Shown here: piece by piece, positions 52,357 through 61,688 of the stretch
How positions within the stretch are numbered: position 1 is the first letter of the stretch
Layout: every line of letters starts with the position of its first letter
NCBI GenBank assembly: GCA_900539595.1
Contig: UQCQ01000008.1
Coordinates: 7,993 to 71,992, forward strand
Length of the DNA: 64,000 bases
Reading direction: 5' to 3'
Source: an uncultured Mollicutes bacterium
Lineage (GTDB): Bacteria > Bacillota_I > Bacilli_A > RFN20 > CAG-826
The notes under the pieces: model-generated
Seen by the model: only the letters and a program-made list of their open reading frames with translations
Told to the model about the DNA's origin: nothing
Databases searched by the model: none
Program-made: the position numbers and the translations under genes

Positions 52357-53316
52357 TTAAGCGATGGCTTGGGAGAGGGCATTGATTTCGAGATTAATGT
52401 CCACCTTGCCGCCTTGGGCGGAACGTTGGTTATTATTCTCGGTGCCTTCTAGCCAGACGCGGACCACATAATAGGAGGTGGTTCCGCTTGCGATCGTGCT
52501 GAGATAGTTCTTGGAATGGATGTTGGAGTCTTTGCTCGTATTGGCAAACACTCCTTCGTCTCCGAGAACGTAATGACGATCGCTAGTTTGATAGGATGCG
52601 AGATCCAATTTGTCGTCACCGGTTAAATTCTTGGACTGCACATATTGGGTCTTATCCGCGGTCACTTCCGCAGCTGGCTTCGATTCGAACGTCAGGATGG
52701 GAGTGAGTTCGCTAGAAACGATATCATCGTGGCTAGCGATTGGGGTTTCGGGATTTTCTCCTTGGAGAATCGCCACGCGAGTCCAGCTGGTCGCGGCCTC
52801 ATTGGCTTTCTTTTGGGCTTCGTCGCTATCATCGTGGGCGAAGACTCTCGTGCCTGCGGTCAGATAGACTTCAAATGGACGATCCGTTTTGGCGTTATAG
52901 CCGGCTTCGCCTGCTTTAATCCCTTTGTGGGTTAACGAGAAGGCGTATTCAGCATAATAGGTATTGGCGCCGCCTTCGGAGACATCATTGACGCGGACGG
53001 GGGCTTTGTCGTTACCGATTTCCATTCCCCAGTCTGGAGAATAGAAGGCCTTGCCGTCTTTGCTACTCACATCGCTTGCGGTGCTTGTGGCTCCAGAAAT
53101 CGTTTGGGCTTTGTCACTTCCGGTAGCCGCTGTTCCATCCAAGCTAATGAGTTTGCCGCTTAATTCCGCGGCGCGATTTTGCATCGTGACCGAGGAATAG
53201 GCTAGAGCCACCGTCCGGTTCACTTGGAACCAGGCGAAGGTGGATGCGCCTGCGGCTGCCAAAGCGCCAACTGAGAGGACGGAGATCGCCATCAAAGCTT
53301 TGGTTTTGCCTTTCAT
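52357..53316 (-). CDS. TasA/camelysin-like secreted protein, paralog A (SipW-class signal)
   Basis: 319-aa ORF with ...GALAAAGASTFAWFQVNRT and C-terminal motif VRVWLEGTENNNQRSAQGGKVDINLEI. Confidence 0.65.
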   Translation of the reverse strand: MKGKTKALMAISVLSVGALAAAGASTFAWFQVNRTVALAYSSVTMQNRAAELSGKLISLDGTAATGSDKAQTISGATSTASDVSSKDGKAFYSPDWGMEIGNDKAPVRVNDVSEGGANTYYAEYAFSLTHKGIKAGEAGYNAKTDRPFEVYLTAGTRVFAHDDSDEAQKKANEAATSWTRVAILQGENPETPIASHDDIVSSELTPILTFESKPAAEVTADKTQYVQSKNLTGDDKLDLASYQTSDRHYVLGDEGVFANTSKDSNIHSKNYLSTIASGTTSYYVVRVWLEGTENNNQRSAQGGKVDINLEINALSQAIA

Positions 53317-53875
53317 TGCTTCCTTTCTGTTCCTTATTCTTTATTTATTAGGAACTTGAATCCGCGTATTTGGGCGTTCCCCGCCAACGCGGATGCGGGG
53401 AATTTGAATTCCAGCACGACGAAGAATTGGGCTCCCCCGTAGGCTAGATGGCTCTATTATAGAATTTAAGAAACGGGTTTCAACCATAAAGTAAGCATTC
53501 CCTTACTATTTCTTTGTTTTATGCGATGATTAGGGGATTTGTACCTCTTTCTCTTTGGGTACTAGACTTCCACTAGATTGGGATTCTTGCTCCTTCTTAT
53601 CCTCCTATTGACTTCTTTTAGTCTATGGGGTTCCTACGAAGAGTTGGAACACCAAGCAGTCTCCGTTCAGTAGACGCTTCCCCATTTCTTTATCTTCTAG
53701 GATTCCATATGCTAATTGGGCTTCTATGACCCATAGACTCGATATAAGCGGTTACGATGTCCCTTTATCTATTTCAGGCCTTTCCATACGGTTGGCTTTA
53801 CGTAAGTAATCCCGGGCGTTTCTATGGCTATCTTAGATTCGTTTGATTGCTTTTGCCCCATCGGAAGGAACGGTA

Positions 53876-53967
53876 AGGGCACATGAGGGAACATGATAGG
53901 GCACATGATATGGTTTTCGCAGGGCACATGATAGGGCACATGATATTGTTTTTGCAGGGCACATGAT
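53876..53967. repeat. Array of 12-nt words AGGGCACATGAT (6 copies, 1 degenerate) in pairs separated by related 11-nt spacers
   Basis: AGGGCACATGAG GGAACATGAT AGGGCACATGAT atggttttcgc AGGGCACATGAT AGGGCACATGAT attgtttttgc AGGGCACATGAT. The array ends 29 nt before the GTG start at 53997. Confidence 0.9.
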
Positions 53968-53996
53968 GCAAAATATATTTGTCAGGAGGATTTACC

Positions 53997-55394
53997 GTGA
54001 AAAATCTTGAAGAATTAGTTCAAGCGGATTTTTTCGAGAATAAAGAATGCGAATATAAGCTTCATTTGGAGACGAGTGAGGACAAGGTAGAAAAATGGGC
54101 CAAAACTTTAGTTGGCTACGCGAATACCTATGGCGGATATATATTGGTTGGGGTGTCCAACAACAAGGATGTCGTCGGCATTGATGGAGACGAAGTGGAT
54201 CGAACAAAGATTTTGGTCCTCAAAACCATAAACAGGCATATATTCCCCCATATCGAAGTTTCTTTTTCGGTTTTCCCTTGTGGTGAAGACAAATACATTC
54301 TCGCCATTTGGACCGATTATTTGAACGAAATGGTCATCTTCAAGTCTGGCGATTACAACGAAAAGGTTTACATCAGGGAAGATGGCTCTACTCTGCCTGC
54401 GACCATTAGCCAAATCCTTTCCATGGGAAAAAGAAAAATGGGAATGGACACTCAATTGCTGAACGAACAATATGAAGTAAAAAATTTTTCCAAATTAAGC
54501 AAATTGGCGGCCCTCTATAGAAAAGATGGGGAAAAACCAACGGAAAAAATGCTCATAAGCAAAGAAATCGTCGGTCAGGACGGAAGAATAACCGAAGGAT
54601 TAAAGATGTTCTCTGATGACTTCGATGGCGACGAGACATTGGCCGTATGCAGGCTTTGGAACGGCTTCGACAAAGGAAGCGACGAGGTGATCGACAAAAA
54701 GGAATTCAAAGGGTGTCTTTGCGATGTGTTCGATAACATCATGGATTTCGTAAGCAGGAATAGTCGGAGTGGATTCGTCAAAAACGCGGATGGATCAAGA
54801 CTCGACACCTCCTCCTATCCGAAAATCGCCCTGAGGGAAGCCGTTGTCAACGCCCTGGCCCATAGGGACTACTCCATCGATGGGACACAGGTCGACGTCG
54901 ATATCTTTAAGGATCGGCTTGTCATCACCTCTCCAGGCGGGTGGCTTCTCCCGAAAAAGCCCGATGAATACAATCTTGATTCGATACCATCCGTAAGAAG
55001 GAATAAGGTCATATGCCGTTGCTTTGAGATTGCCGGTCTCATGGAAAGGAGCGGCAGCGGACTTAGAAAGATATACAACGTATACAAGAAGCTGAAATTC
55101 AAGGAACCCCAATTGAATGATCAGCACGATTATTTTCTGATTACCCTATACGATATGCTGGGCGAAAAAAATAACAGTGTGATCCTCAACGGCAAGTACG
55201 ACGAAGCGATATTATCCTTCTGCAATGGCGTCGCTCGTTCCAGAGAAGAAATTCAGGCTCATATCGGATATAAGAGCAGAAGCCATTTTATGGCCGACAT
55301 ATTAAAACCGTTGCTAGAAGCCGGTTCCTTGGAAACAACCGCGAATAGCAAATCGAGAAACGCGAAATATATAGCGACAATTAAGATGGACTGA
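53997..55394 (+). CDS. COG2865-like putative transcriptional regulator (AlbA_2/divergent-AAA N-domain + HATPase_c_4-like + wHTH)
   Basis: GTG 53997 has AGGAGGA 6 nt upstream (the ORF track starts at in-frame TTG 53979). Motifs are ECEYKLHLE, VGYANTYGGYILVGV, REAVVNALAHRDY, ITSPGG and ERSGSGLRKI. Confidence 0.75.
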   Translation: MKNLEELVQADFFENKECEYKLHLETSEDKVEKWAKTLVGYANTYGGYILVGVSNNKDVVGIDGDEVDRTKILVLKTINRHIFPHIEVSFSVFPCGEDKYILAIWTDYLNEMVIFKSGDYNEKVYIREDGSTLPATISQILSMGKRKMGMDTQLLNEQYEVKNFSKLSKLAALYRKDGEKPTEKMLISKEIVGQDGRITEGLKMFSDDFDGDETLAVCRLWNGFDKGSDEVIDKKEFKGCLCDVFDNIMDFVSRNSRSGFVKNADGSRLDTSSYPKIALREAVVNALAHRDYSIDGTQVDVDIFKDRLVITSPGGWLLPKKPDEYNLDSIPSVRRNKVICRCFEIAGLMERSGSGLRKIYNVYKKLKFKEPQLNDQHDYFLITLYDMLGEKNNSVILNGKYDEAILSFCNGVARSREEIQAHIGYKSRSHFMADILKPLLEAGSLETTANSKSRNAKYIATIKMD

Positions 55395-55710
55395 TTTCTA
55401 AATGTTTCCGCAAGGAGCATGATAAAAGTTCGATTTTGAAGCGAGGTTTTCTTTTGTTTTATGGGTCTTTAGAGTCCCATTACTTTGTGGCCATTGGTCA
55501 TAAGTTTTGGCACCTTATTTTGATTAGAGGATGAAATAAATTGGCAAAAAATCTAGCCAGTCACTTCTTCTTTTCTCACCTCTCCCAGGAACAGTGTCCC
55601 GTTTGCCTTTCAAAGAGAAACATCAAGCAAGGGGATCCGTCTTTCCTTTTGAAAAATTGCGTCCAAACTATGGACAATGGATGATATCTCGGTTACACGG
55701 AATTTGAAAA

Positions 55711-56334
55711 ATGGTGATACCAATGAATCAAAATAACGAGATGCTAGAAAGGATGATGGAAACAGGCGACGGCAGCATATCCAGGAAAGACGCCCTTGCT
55801 AACGGGGTACCGCCAGCGAGTTTTGCCAGGTACGTCCGTTCCCATCATCTTTTTAGAATTAGCCAGGGCGTCTACGCCAAGGAAGGCGCCGTCGATGAAC
55901 TATTTCAATGGCAAAGAAGGTATCCAAGGATGGTCTATTCCGGTATCACAGCACTTTATCTACTCGGGCTGACCGATCGGATACCGGCTTCTATCGATTT
56001 CACGATGCCGAAAGGCTGCAGGGTGAGAAAGGAAAGCATCGCCCCCTATGCCGTTTGTCACATTGAAAACAACGCCGAACTATTCGCTTGGGGCAATGTC
56101 GGTGCCGAAACCATGTTTGGAAATACGGTCACTTGTTTCTCTAAAGAAAAGATGATCGTCGAGAGGATGCGGAAGAGGAAAGATTACGATTCGGAGCTGT
56201 TCCTTAAGGCCGTGAAGACGTTCCTGAAGGGGAAGGACAAAGACATGGATTTTCTCTTTCCATACGCGAAAAAGAGAAAAATAGAAGAGAAGGTATATCC
56301 AATGTTGGAGGCCATGGATTATGAAGATTCATAG
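55711..56334 (+). CDS. AbiEi-family antitoxin-like protein, orphan (second copy)
   Basis: 207-aa ORF collinear with 11969..12589 (GSISRKDALANGVPPASFARYVRSHHLFRISQGVY ... YSGITALYLLGLTDRIP ... KEKMIVERMRKRKDYD). Confidence 0.7.
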   Translation: MVIPMNQNNEMLERMMETGDGSISRKDALANGVPPASFARYVRSHHLFRISQGVYAKEGAVDELFQWQRRYPRMVYSGITALYLLGLTDRIPASIDFTMPKGCRVRKESIAPYAVCHIENNAELFAWGNVGAETMFGNTVTCFSKEKMIVERMRKRKDYDSELFLKAVKTFLKGKDKDMDFLFPYAKKRKIEEKVYPMLEAMDYEDS

Positions 56335-56374
56335 GGATTCGCTTTCATCGAGGGCAACTCTAGGCCTCTGTTAG
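56321..56374 (+). pseudogene. Possible 17-codon stump of the cognate AbiEii toxin gene
   Basis: The ATG at 56321 overlaps the AbiEi stop, as is typical for AbiEi/AbiEii pairs. It reads MKIHRDSLSSRATLGLC-stop. The assignment rests only on position and an M-K-I-H-x-D-like start. Confidence 0.3.
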
Positions 56375-56461
56375 GGGAACGTTTCCTCTTTTTCGTTTTC
56401 AACTCTCATCTAAAGGTTTTCAAGTTCGTTGCTCCCTTTCGTTTTTTCTCCGTCTGAATGA

Positions 56462-56555
56462 AGTATTTATTTCATTAATTTTATTTTTTAGTGAAATTAT
56501 TACTGCTTTTTCAGTATTTATTTCATTAATTTTCCTTTTTAATGAAATGATTACT
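56462..56555. repeat. Two tandem ~44-nt repeats (period 51 nt), each containing a 10-bp inverted repeat
   Basis: AGTATTTATTTCATTAATTTTATTTTTTAGTGAAATTATTACT (56462-) and AGTATTTATTTCATTAATTTTCCTTTTTAATGAAATGATTACT (56513-). The arms are ATTTCATTAA / TTAATGAAAT. Confidence 0.85.
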
Positions 56556-56748
56556 ATTCCTAGCAAATGGGATAAAACGGCCGTGAAGACAAAAAGGGCA
56601 TGTGCTTTGATTCATCCTATAGATATCGATGCAAGCCAATGGCCGATACCTTTTCTTTATCGAGCAGGATAAGGAAAGCTCTTCTTTGCTACTTTAAAAT
56701 TTCTCCGCTTCGTTCCGATGCTTTTTGAAATGAAATTCTTCCAAAATA

Positions 56749-59700
56749 TCAGGCTTTCGGATAGACAACCGTCCCATTCAGGGAGATGGTCACCGTGATG
56801 GTGCCGGATGGTTCTTTGGTAAAAGTAATCGTGGGATGAGGATCTAGTTGATCTTCTCCTGCTGCAAGGAAGCCCTGAATCGTTTGGTAGCCATCCCCAT
56901 CGGGATCAACCAAGGTTAAGGTGTATTGGAAGGTAGCTTCCGTTTGGGGAGTTCCGTCCGCCTTCTTATTAATATAAGAATAGGAGAATCCCACCAAAAC
57001 GTTAGAAGCAGCGGGATCGTTCCATTGGATCGAATCTAGTTCGCTTGACTCGTAGACCGAGCCTTGTTTTTTCTCTCCTTCTGCTTCATCGCGGTAGATC
57101 GGGACGATGGAAGTATCGGTGAGCTCAGAGGTATCTTCTACCCAAGACGAATTCTCATCTTGATAATAACGATGGATTTCCCGCGGGGCTTTGGTCGTGG
57201 AGGTCGTCCCCGTTAATAAATTTTCCGAAGTTAAGGTTTCATCGAGGAAATCCACGCGGGCTAAGGTTCGCTTATTCACGGAGTAATCATAGAAATGCAA
57301 TCGACGTAGGGTCTTGGTTTTCCTCGAAAATGGCTCCGGATCTTTCAAGGTCTCTCCGGTGGGGGACTTCAATTCGATTCCATCCCCTTTAAACGATGGA
57401 GAAACGGAATCATCGACGCCGCCGACTTCCACTTTCTGGTCTTCGGGAGCGGAATCCCGTTGCAAGGTTAAAGTCCCGGCATATCCCGATCGAACCAAGA
57501 CGCAAACCGAATCGGTGGGGTCTACCGACGAGGTACCGGTCGCCACAAGGGATACACCCAAGGGGAAATAAAACGATTCTTGGATTTCGTGGATGAATTC
57601 CGTGACGCGGGTACGGTTGATTTCTTTGGCGGATGCCCCGATATCGAGGTACATCAAATAGCAGCCAACGCCCCCGGAAACGGAGCCCAAGGCATATTCC
57701 CCTTCGTTGACGGGGACTTCAAAGTAATAGGCTTTCTTGAATTCCAAATCGTCTCGCTTCATGATGCGAGCGACATCGAAAATCGAAGAATACCCCGTGG
57801 GCTTGCTAGAGGACTTCTCATAGGATTCTTCCATGGGGGTTACCCCATCCATTTCTAGCTTCTCACCCTTATCGCTTAAACGATAGGGCAAAGAATAAGA
57901 TCCGTCCTTGTAGGCATAAACATAGGGGTATTCGGGATGGTCATCGTTACGAAGGATCGCTTGGATTTGACGAATTTCATGCACCTTGGACTCGTTCCCC
58001 AAATCGCGGACAATTTGATGCAAAGAAAAGAAGCTGTTGTTGCGCCCCTCGCCGCCAGAGCCAGAATCAAAATACGTTCCCGACATGAAATTGATGCTGC
58101 CCTTTTCTTTCAGTTGGAAATCAATGGAATTGGCGGGCATTTGATAGTTCGTATGGGTTTGGTTATTGATGGAAACCCAAGGGGCGGTGACAAGATTATC
58201 CGTAGAGAGGTTTGCATCCATAAAGTGGATGCCCCAGATGCTTTTGCTTCCCTTCAAGCTATTGTTCCAAAGCCCGTTGGTGACTTCGGAATATTTGCTT
58301 AGAACCGTGTCGTCGCCTTCGGCCGTCCAAACGGTTTTGCCGTTGATGTTTTTTGAAGAAATCACGGCGTTTTCTCCCTGATTATTGACCGTTTGGACGT
58401 TAAAAAATCCCTCGCTATCGGAATAGCAATCCGAAATATTTCCAGAGATGGCGAATTTGCCGAAACGGAAATTGACGTGGTGATAATCGTAAGTTTCAAG
58501 ATACGAATCCTTATAAGTGGATCCCCCGATCAGATAACCGGTGTTATTCTCCGTCGGCTCGTATTTGTTCGCTCCATATTTCGAGGCTTCTTCTTGCGTC
58601 GTGTATGCGTTAATCGGAGAGAAAGTATTTTCGTTGCCAGAATAATCGACCTTGGATTCGGAATGGTCAAAGATTTCGCGTCTTATCGTTTCAAAAGGAT
58701 TCGTGGATTCTCTCACTTCGACACGTTCGGAACTAGTGGCCCCCTGAAGAGAAACGAGGGTGACGCTGGAAGTCTCTTCGGAAGCCGTCCAGTTGCTATT
58801 ATTGAAGGTAAGATAGTAATTGCCAAACCAATAAGAGTAATAAAGAGAGACCATGGAGCTAAGGGAAGACGAAGAAAAACGCAAATTCGAATTCGAACTC
58901 GTGGAAACGCCTACGCTTGCCGTCGGATTAAAAAACGAACCCGAAAGGGAAATATCAAGATAATACCGAGAGGAATTCACCGTGGTATAGACCTTGGCCT
59001 CATTTTGGTTGTTTTCAATGGTCCACCGCGTGGCCTCCCAGGGATTGGTCGTATTTTCCACCCCGTTTCGGCTATCCTTGATTTTCAAATAATTGGAGCC
59101 AGAAGAAATCAGAAACGTGGAACCGCTGGTAAATTGGGAGCGTTCCACTAACGACCACCCGGCAGTCGCTCCCGTTTCCGAGGGAATGGTGAAATGGAGA
59201 TAATAGGTCTTCCCGTTAAGGATCGAAGAGATTTTGGAAGAGGGATCCACGTACCAGTCGGTGGCGCGAGAAGAATCCGTTGTGGTTTTTAGGCTACCAG
59301 CATCGTTAATCAAATAATATTCCGTGCCATCACGGACTTGGGAAATGGTGCCGTAATCGCCGGAAGATGGCATTTTCCAAACGTAGGGGTTCTCGGCGTT
59401 TTCTTCATAACCGAGGGAACCATCTCCTAGAAGAGAAAGGAAGTAATCGCTTCCCCCGTTGGAAGAAACGATGGCTGAATAATAGCGCGTTTCAACCTCT
59501 TCCCGGTAAATATTAGTGCGTTGGTAGTACCCGCCATCGAGCAACGTATAGATTTGGCGGACTTTCGATGCATCCTCCTTATCGGTTCCATTGTTCCGAT
59601 AAAGGAAATTGTAATTCCCAATTTTGGGGTTATAGGCCACGGAATGGAAATCCGAGTTATAAAGGCGGGCCTCGCCAATACCCCGAGAATTATCTTCGCT

Positions 59701-60789
59701 TTGGTCGTTCCCGTTTTGCCAATTCCCCTTATCCGATTCGGTTTTCACTCCAGAAGAAGAGATGTTGTAGGTGCGATCGTAATAATAAGGATGGGAACTC
59801 GTTCCGACATCGCAATAATTATCGCGGATATCCTGCAAACGGGTGTTGATGGACTTCATATCAATGCCCCCGCCCCAACCGGCTTTCGAGCCTTGGCCAT
59901 TGGCGACAAAGTTCTTCTGCTGGGTTTCGGGGCTAGAGACGGAATAGGACATTTTCTCGACCGCGTTTTCATACTCGGGCTCGCAATATCCCACTAGGGA
60001 ATATTTGGAGATGCAGGAAAAAGAGGGGGATCCCGAAGTATAGGCATAGGCCTCCTTTTGGATTTTTAGGGCCGAAGAAGCCGTACTGGAATTGGATATC
60101 GCAACGTCAGACATCACTCCGTTAACGTATCCCGCGGCCAAACCCATCAGGACTTGGTTTTGTTCTCCCGAAGCGGAGTTCGTATCCGAGACGGTTGCGT
60201 CCATCAACGTGAAATTCTTGATTTCGGGAGTAATCGAAGCATAGGGGGAAGAGCCTGTTACGGCGGGCTTATATTCTCCGACTACGCCGAAAAGGCCGAG
60301 GATATGGAAATAGCTATCCCCTTGATCCGAGATGCTTTTGACGGCGCTAGGGGCATTCAACTCGCTTCGGGTATTGGCGATTTTTAGCCCTTTGATCGTT
60401 TTGCCGTTCCCGTTGAACGTCCCCACGAAAGGGTTTTCCGTCGTCCCAATGGGGGGCAACGTTAAAGTGGAGGCATCGAAATCGTCTCCGAGTTCAAAAT
60501 GGAATTGTTGCTTCAGCTTCCCCGATTCGTCCAACTGGTTGAAATGGCCAAGGTATTGTAGCCATGCTAGGTTATAGAGGTGCAGGGGGCGAGTGATGCC
60601 ATAAGGCTTCTCCGCCGTTCCGTTTCCGTAAGCAAAATAGGAACCGTAGCTTTTTCCAACGAAGGCCTCTTGGATGATGTCTTTGTTTTTGAACCAGGCG
60701 TAGGAGAAAGAAACTAGCGATGTGGTGAGGGCGATGAACGAAGACAAAACGCCGGAAAAGAGCAATTTAAAGGTTTTGTCCTTCATCAT
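56749..60789 (-). CDS. Giant secreted adhesin-like protein with SipW-class-like signal
   Basis: 1346-aa ORF with N-terminus ...FIALTTSLVSFSYAWFKNKD. The segment NPFVGTFNGNGKTIKGLKI resembles the F-x-G-x-F-D-G-N-G-x-x-I motif of GLUG-type adhesins. Its start overlaps the upstream gene by 4 nt. Confidence 0.7.
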   Translation of the reverse strand: MMKDKTFKLLFSGVLSSFIALTTSLVSFSYAWFKNKDIIQEAFVGKSYGSYFAYGNGTAEKPYGITRPLHLYNLAWLQYLGHFNQLDESGKLKQQFHFELGDDFDASTLTLPPIGTTENPFVGTFNGNGKTIKGLKIANTRSELNAPSAVKSISDQGDSYFHILGLFGVVGEYKPAVTGSSPYASITPEIKNFTLMDATVSDTNSASGEQNQVLMGLAAGYVNGVMSDVAISNSSTASSALKIQKEAYAYTSGSPSFSCISKYSLVGYCEPEYENAVEKMSYSVSSPETQQKNFVANGQGSKAGWGGGIDMKSINTRLQDIRDNYCDVGTSSHPYYYDRTYNISSSGVKTESDKGNWQNGNDQSEDNSRGIGEARLYNSDFHSVAYNPKIGNYNFLYRNNGTDKEDASKVRQIYTLLDGGYYQRTNIYREEVETRYYSAIVSSNGGSDYFLSLLGDGSLGYEENAENPYVWKMPSSGDYGTISQVRDGTEYYLINDAGSLKTTTDSSRATDWYVDPSSKISSILNGKTYYLHFTIPSETGATAGWSLVERSQFTSGSTFLISSGSNYLKIKDSRNGVENTTNPWEATRWTIENNQNEAKVYTTVNSSRYYLDISLSGSFFNPTASVGVSTSSNSNLRFSSSSLSSMVSLYYSYWFGNYYLTFNNSNWTASEETSSVTLVSLQGATSSERVEVRESTNPFETIRREIFDHSESKVDYSGNENTFSPINAYTTQEEASKYGANKYEPTENNTGYLIGGSTYKDSYLETYDYHHVNFRFGKFAISGNISDCYSDSEGFFNVQTVNNQGENAVISSKNINGKTVWTAEGDDTVLSKYSEVTNGLWNNSLKGSKSIWGIHFMDANLSTDNLVTAPWVSINNQTHTNYQMPANSIDFQLKEKGSINFMSGTYFDSGSGGEGRNNSFFSLHQIVRDLGNESKVHEIRQIQAILRNDDHPEYPYVYAYKDGSYSLPYRLSDKGEKLEMDGVTPMEESYEKSSSKPTGYSSIFDVARIMKRDDLEFKKAYYFEVPVNEGEYALGSVSGGVGCYLMYLDIGASAKEINRTRVTEFIHEIQESFYFPLGVSLVATGTSSVDPTDSVCVLVRSGYAGTLTLQRDSAPEDQKVEVGGVDDSVSPSFKGDGIELKSPTGETLKDPEPFSRKTKTLRRLHFYDYSVNKRTLARVDFLDETLTSENLLTGTTSTTKAPREIHRYYQDENSSWVEDTSELTDTSIVPIYRDEAEGEKKQGSVYESSELDSIQWNDPAASNVLVGFSYSYINKKADGTPQTEATFQYTLTLVDPDGDGYQTIQGFLAAGEDQLDPHPTITFTKEPSGTITVTISLNGTVVYPKA

Positions 60790-61688
60790 TCCCCCTCCTT
60801 CACCGAAAGAGTGAAATCCCGATAATAAGCCACATACCCTAGACGCTCCCCGTCAGAAGAAAGCATCCCCTCCTCAAAAAGGGCGTTGCCGATATTGTCC
60901 GTATAAAGGCTTGTAACAGCTTCCGCGTTATAATCGAGCATTAGCCAAACATTTCTCGCCCCGTCTAAGGTCAATTGGACCTCATTTTCCCCCGAAGGGA
61001 TTTCCAAATATCCTTGCGGGGCATAGGTCAAAGTCACTGGGGCGGTGGAGACGTCCACATCCACAAAACCCTTGACCGCTTTTTTCTTTGGAATGGACAA
61101 GCAGGAATAGGTTTGCCCTTCTTCCGTCGTCACTTCTTGCAACGTTTGGTTGATCTCCGAGTCGGCATAGGAAGCAAACGCGATGACCGCGGAGAGGGGG
61201 TTGGTAAGGGAATTGGCTTTAGCCAAACTCTCTTCGAAGGTCGAAGGCCAGTCCCAAGAAGAAGAATCCCCTTCTTGACGGGGTTCTAAAATCGTTGGGC
61301 GATCGGAGCGGGCAAAGGCGACAACACGATCAAAAGAAGCCAAAACAGGGATTTGAATGAGCATCCGATAGCTCGATTCTCCCAAAAGGTCTTTATCGCG
61401 ATATGCCCCGATATCAAAGGTATTGTCCGTGATTTTGGCAAAATAATAAGGGTCGCCCTCTTGAGTGGAAACGGGGCGAACGTGACGATAGTAGGTAGGC
61501 GTTCCAAGGATCGTGGGGTCACGGGCCACGATTTGGGAATAAGTCGTTTTGGCGGAGCGGTTGGTGGTGAACCAGGCAAAGGTGGAAACCCCAATCGTGG
61601 ACAATACCAAAGCACCTAAAAATGCGATGGCTACGAAACGGATACGAGCCATACGACGGCGTTTTAATACGGTTTGGATGTTTGCCAT
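60786..61688 (-). CDS. Secreted protein with SipW-class signal (TasA-like family, divergent)
   Basis: 300-aa ORF with ...VLSTIGVSTFAWFTTNRSAKTTYSQIV. It is translationally coupled to the 1346-aa gene. Confidence 0.65.
   Translation of the reverse strand: MANIQTVLKRRRMARIRFVAIAFLGALVLSTIGVSTFAWFTTNRSAKTTYSQIVARDPTILGTPTYYRHVRPVSTQEGDPYYFAKITDNTFDIGAYRDKDLLGESSYRMLIQIPVLASFDRVVAFARSDRPTILEPRQEGDSSSWDWPSTFEESLAKANSLTNPLSAVIAFASYADSEINQTLQEVTTEEGQTYSCLSIPKKKAVKGFVDVDVSTAPVTLTYAPQGYLEIPSGENEVQLTLDGARNVWLMLDYNAEAVTSLYTDNIGNALFEEGMLSSDGERLGYVAYYRDFTLSVKEGE

Noticed and set aside
53876-53967. Short-period repeat arrays (also 7712-7759, 12734-12791, 62186-62237) considered as CRISPR arrays
   Set aside because: The units are only 9-12 nt and directly abutting, or separated by spacers that are themselves related. 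No 25-40-nt unique spacers and no cas genes are present.
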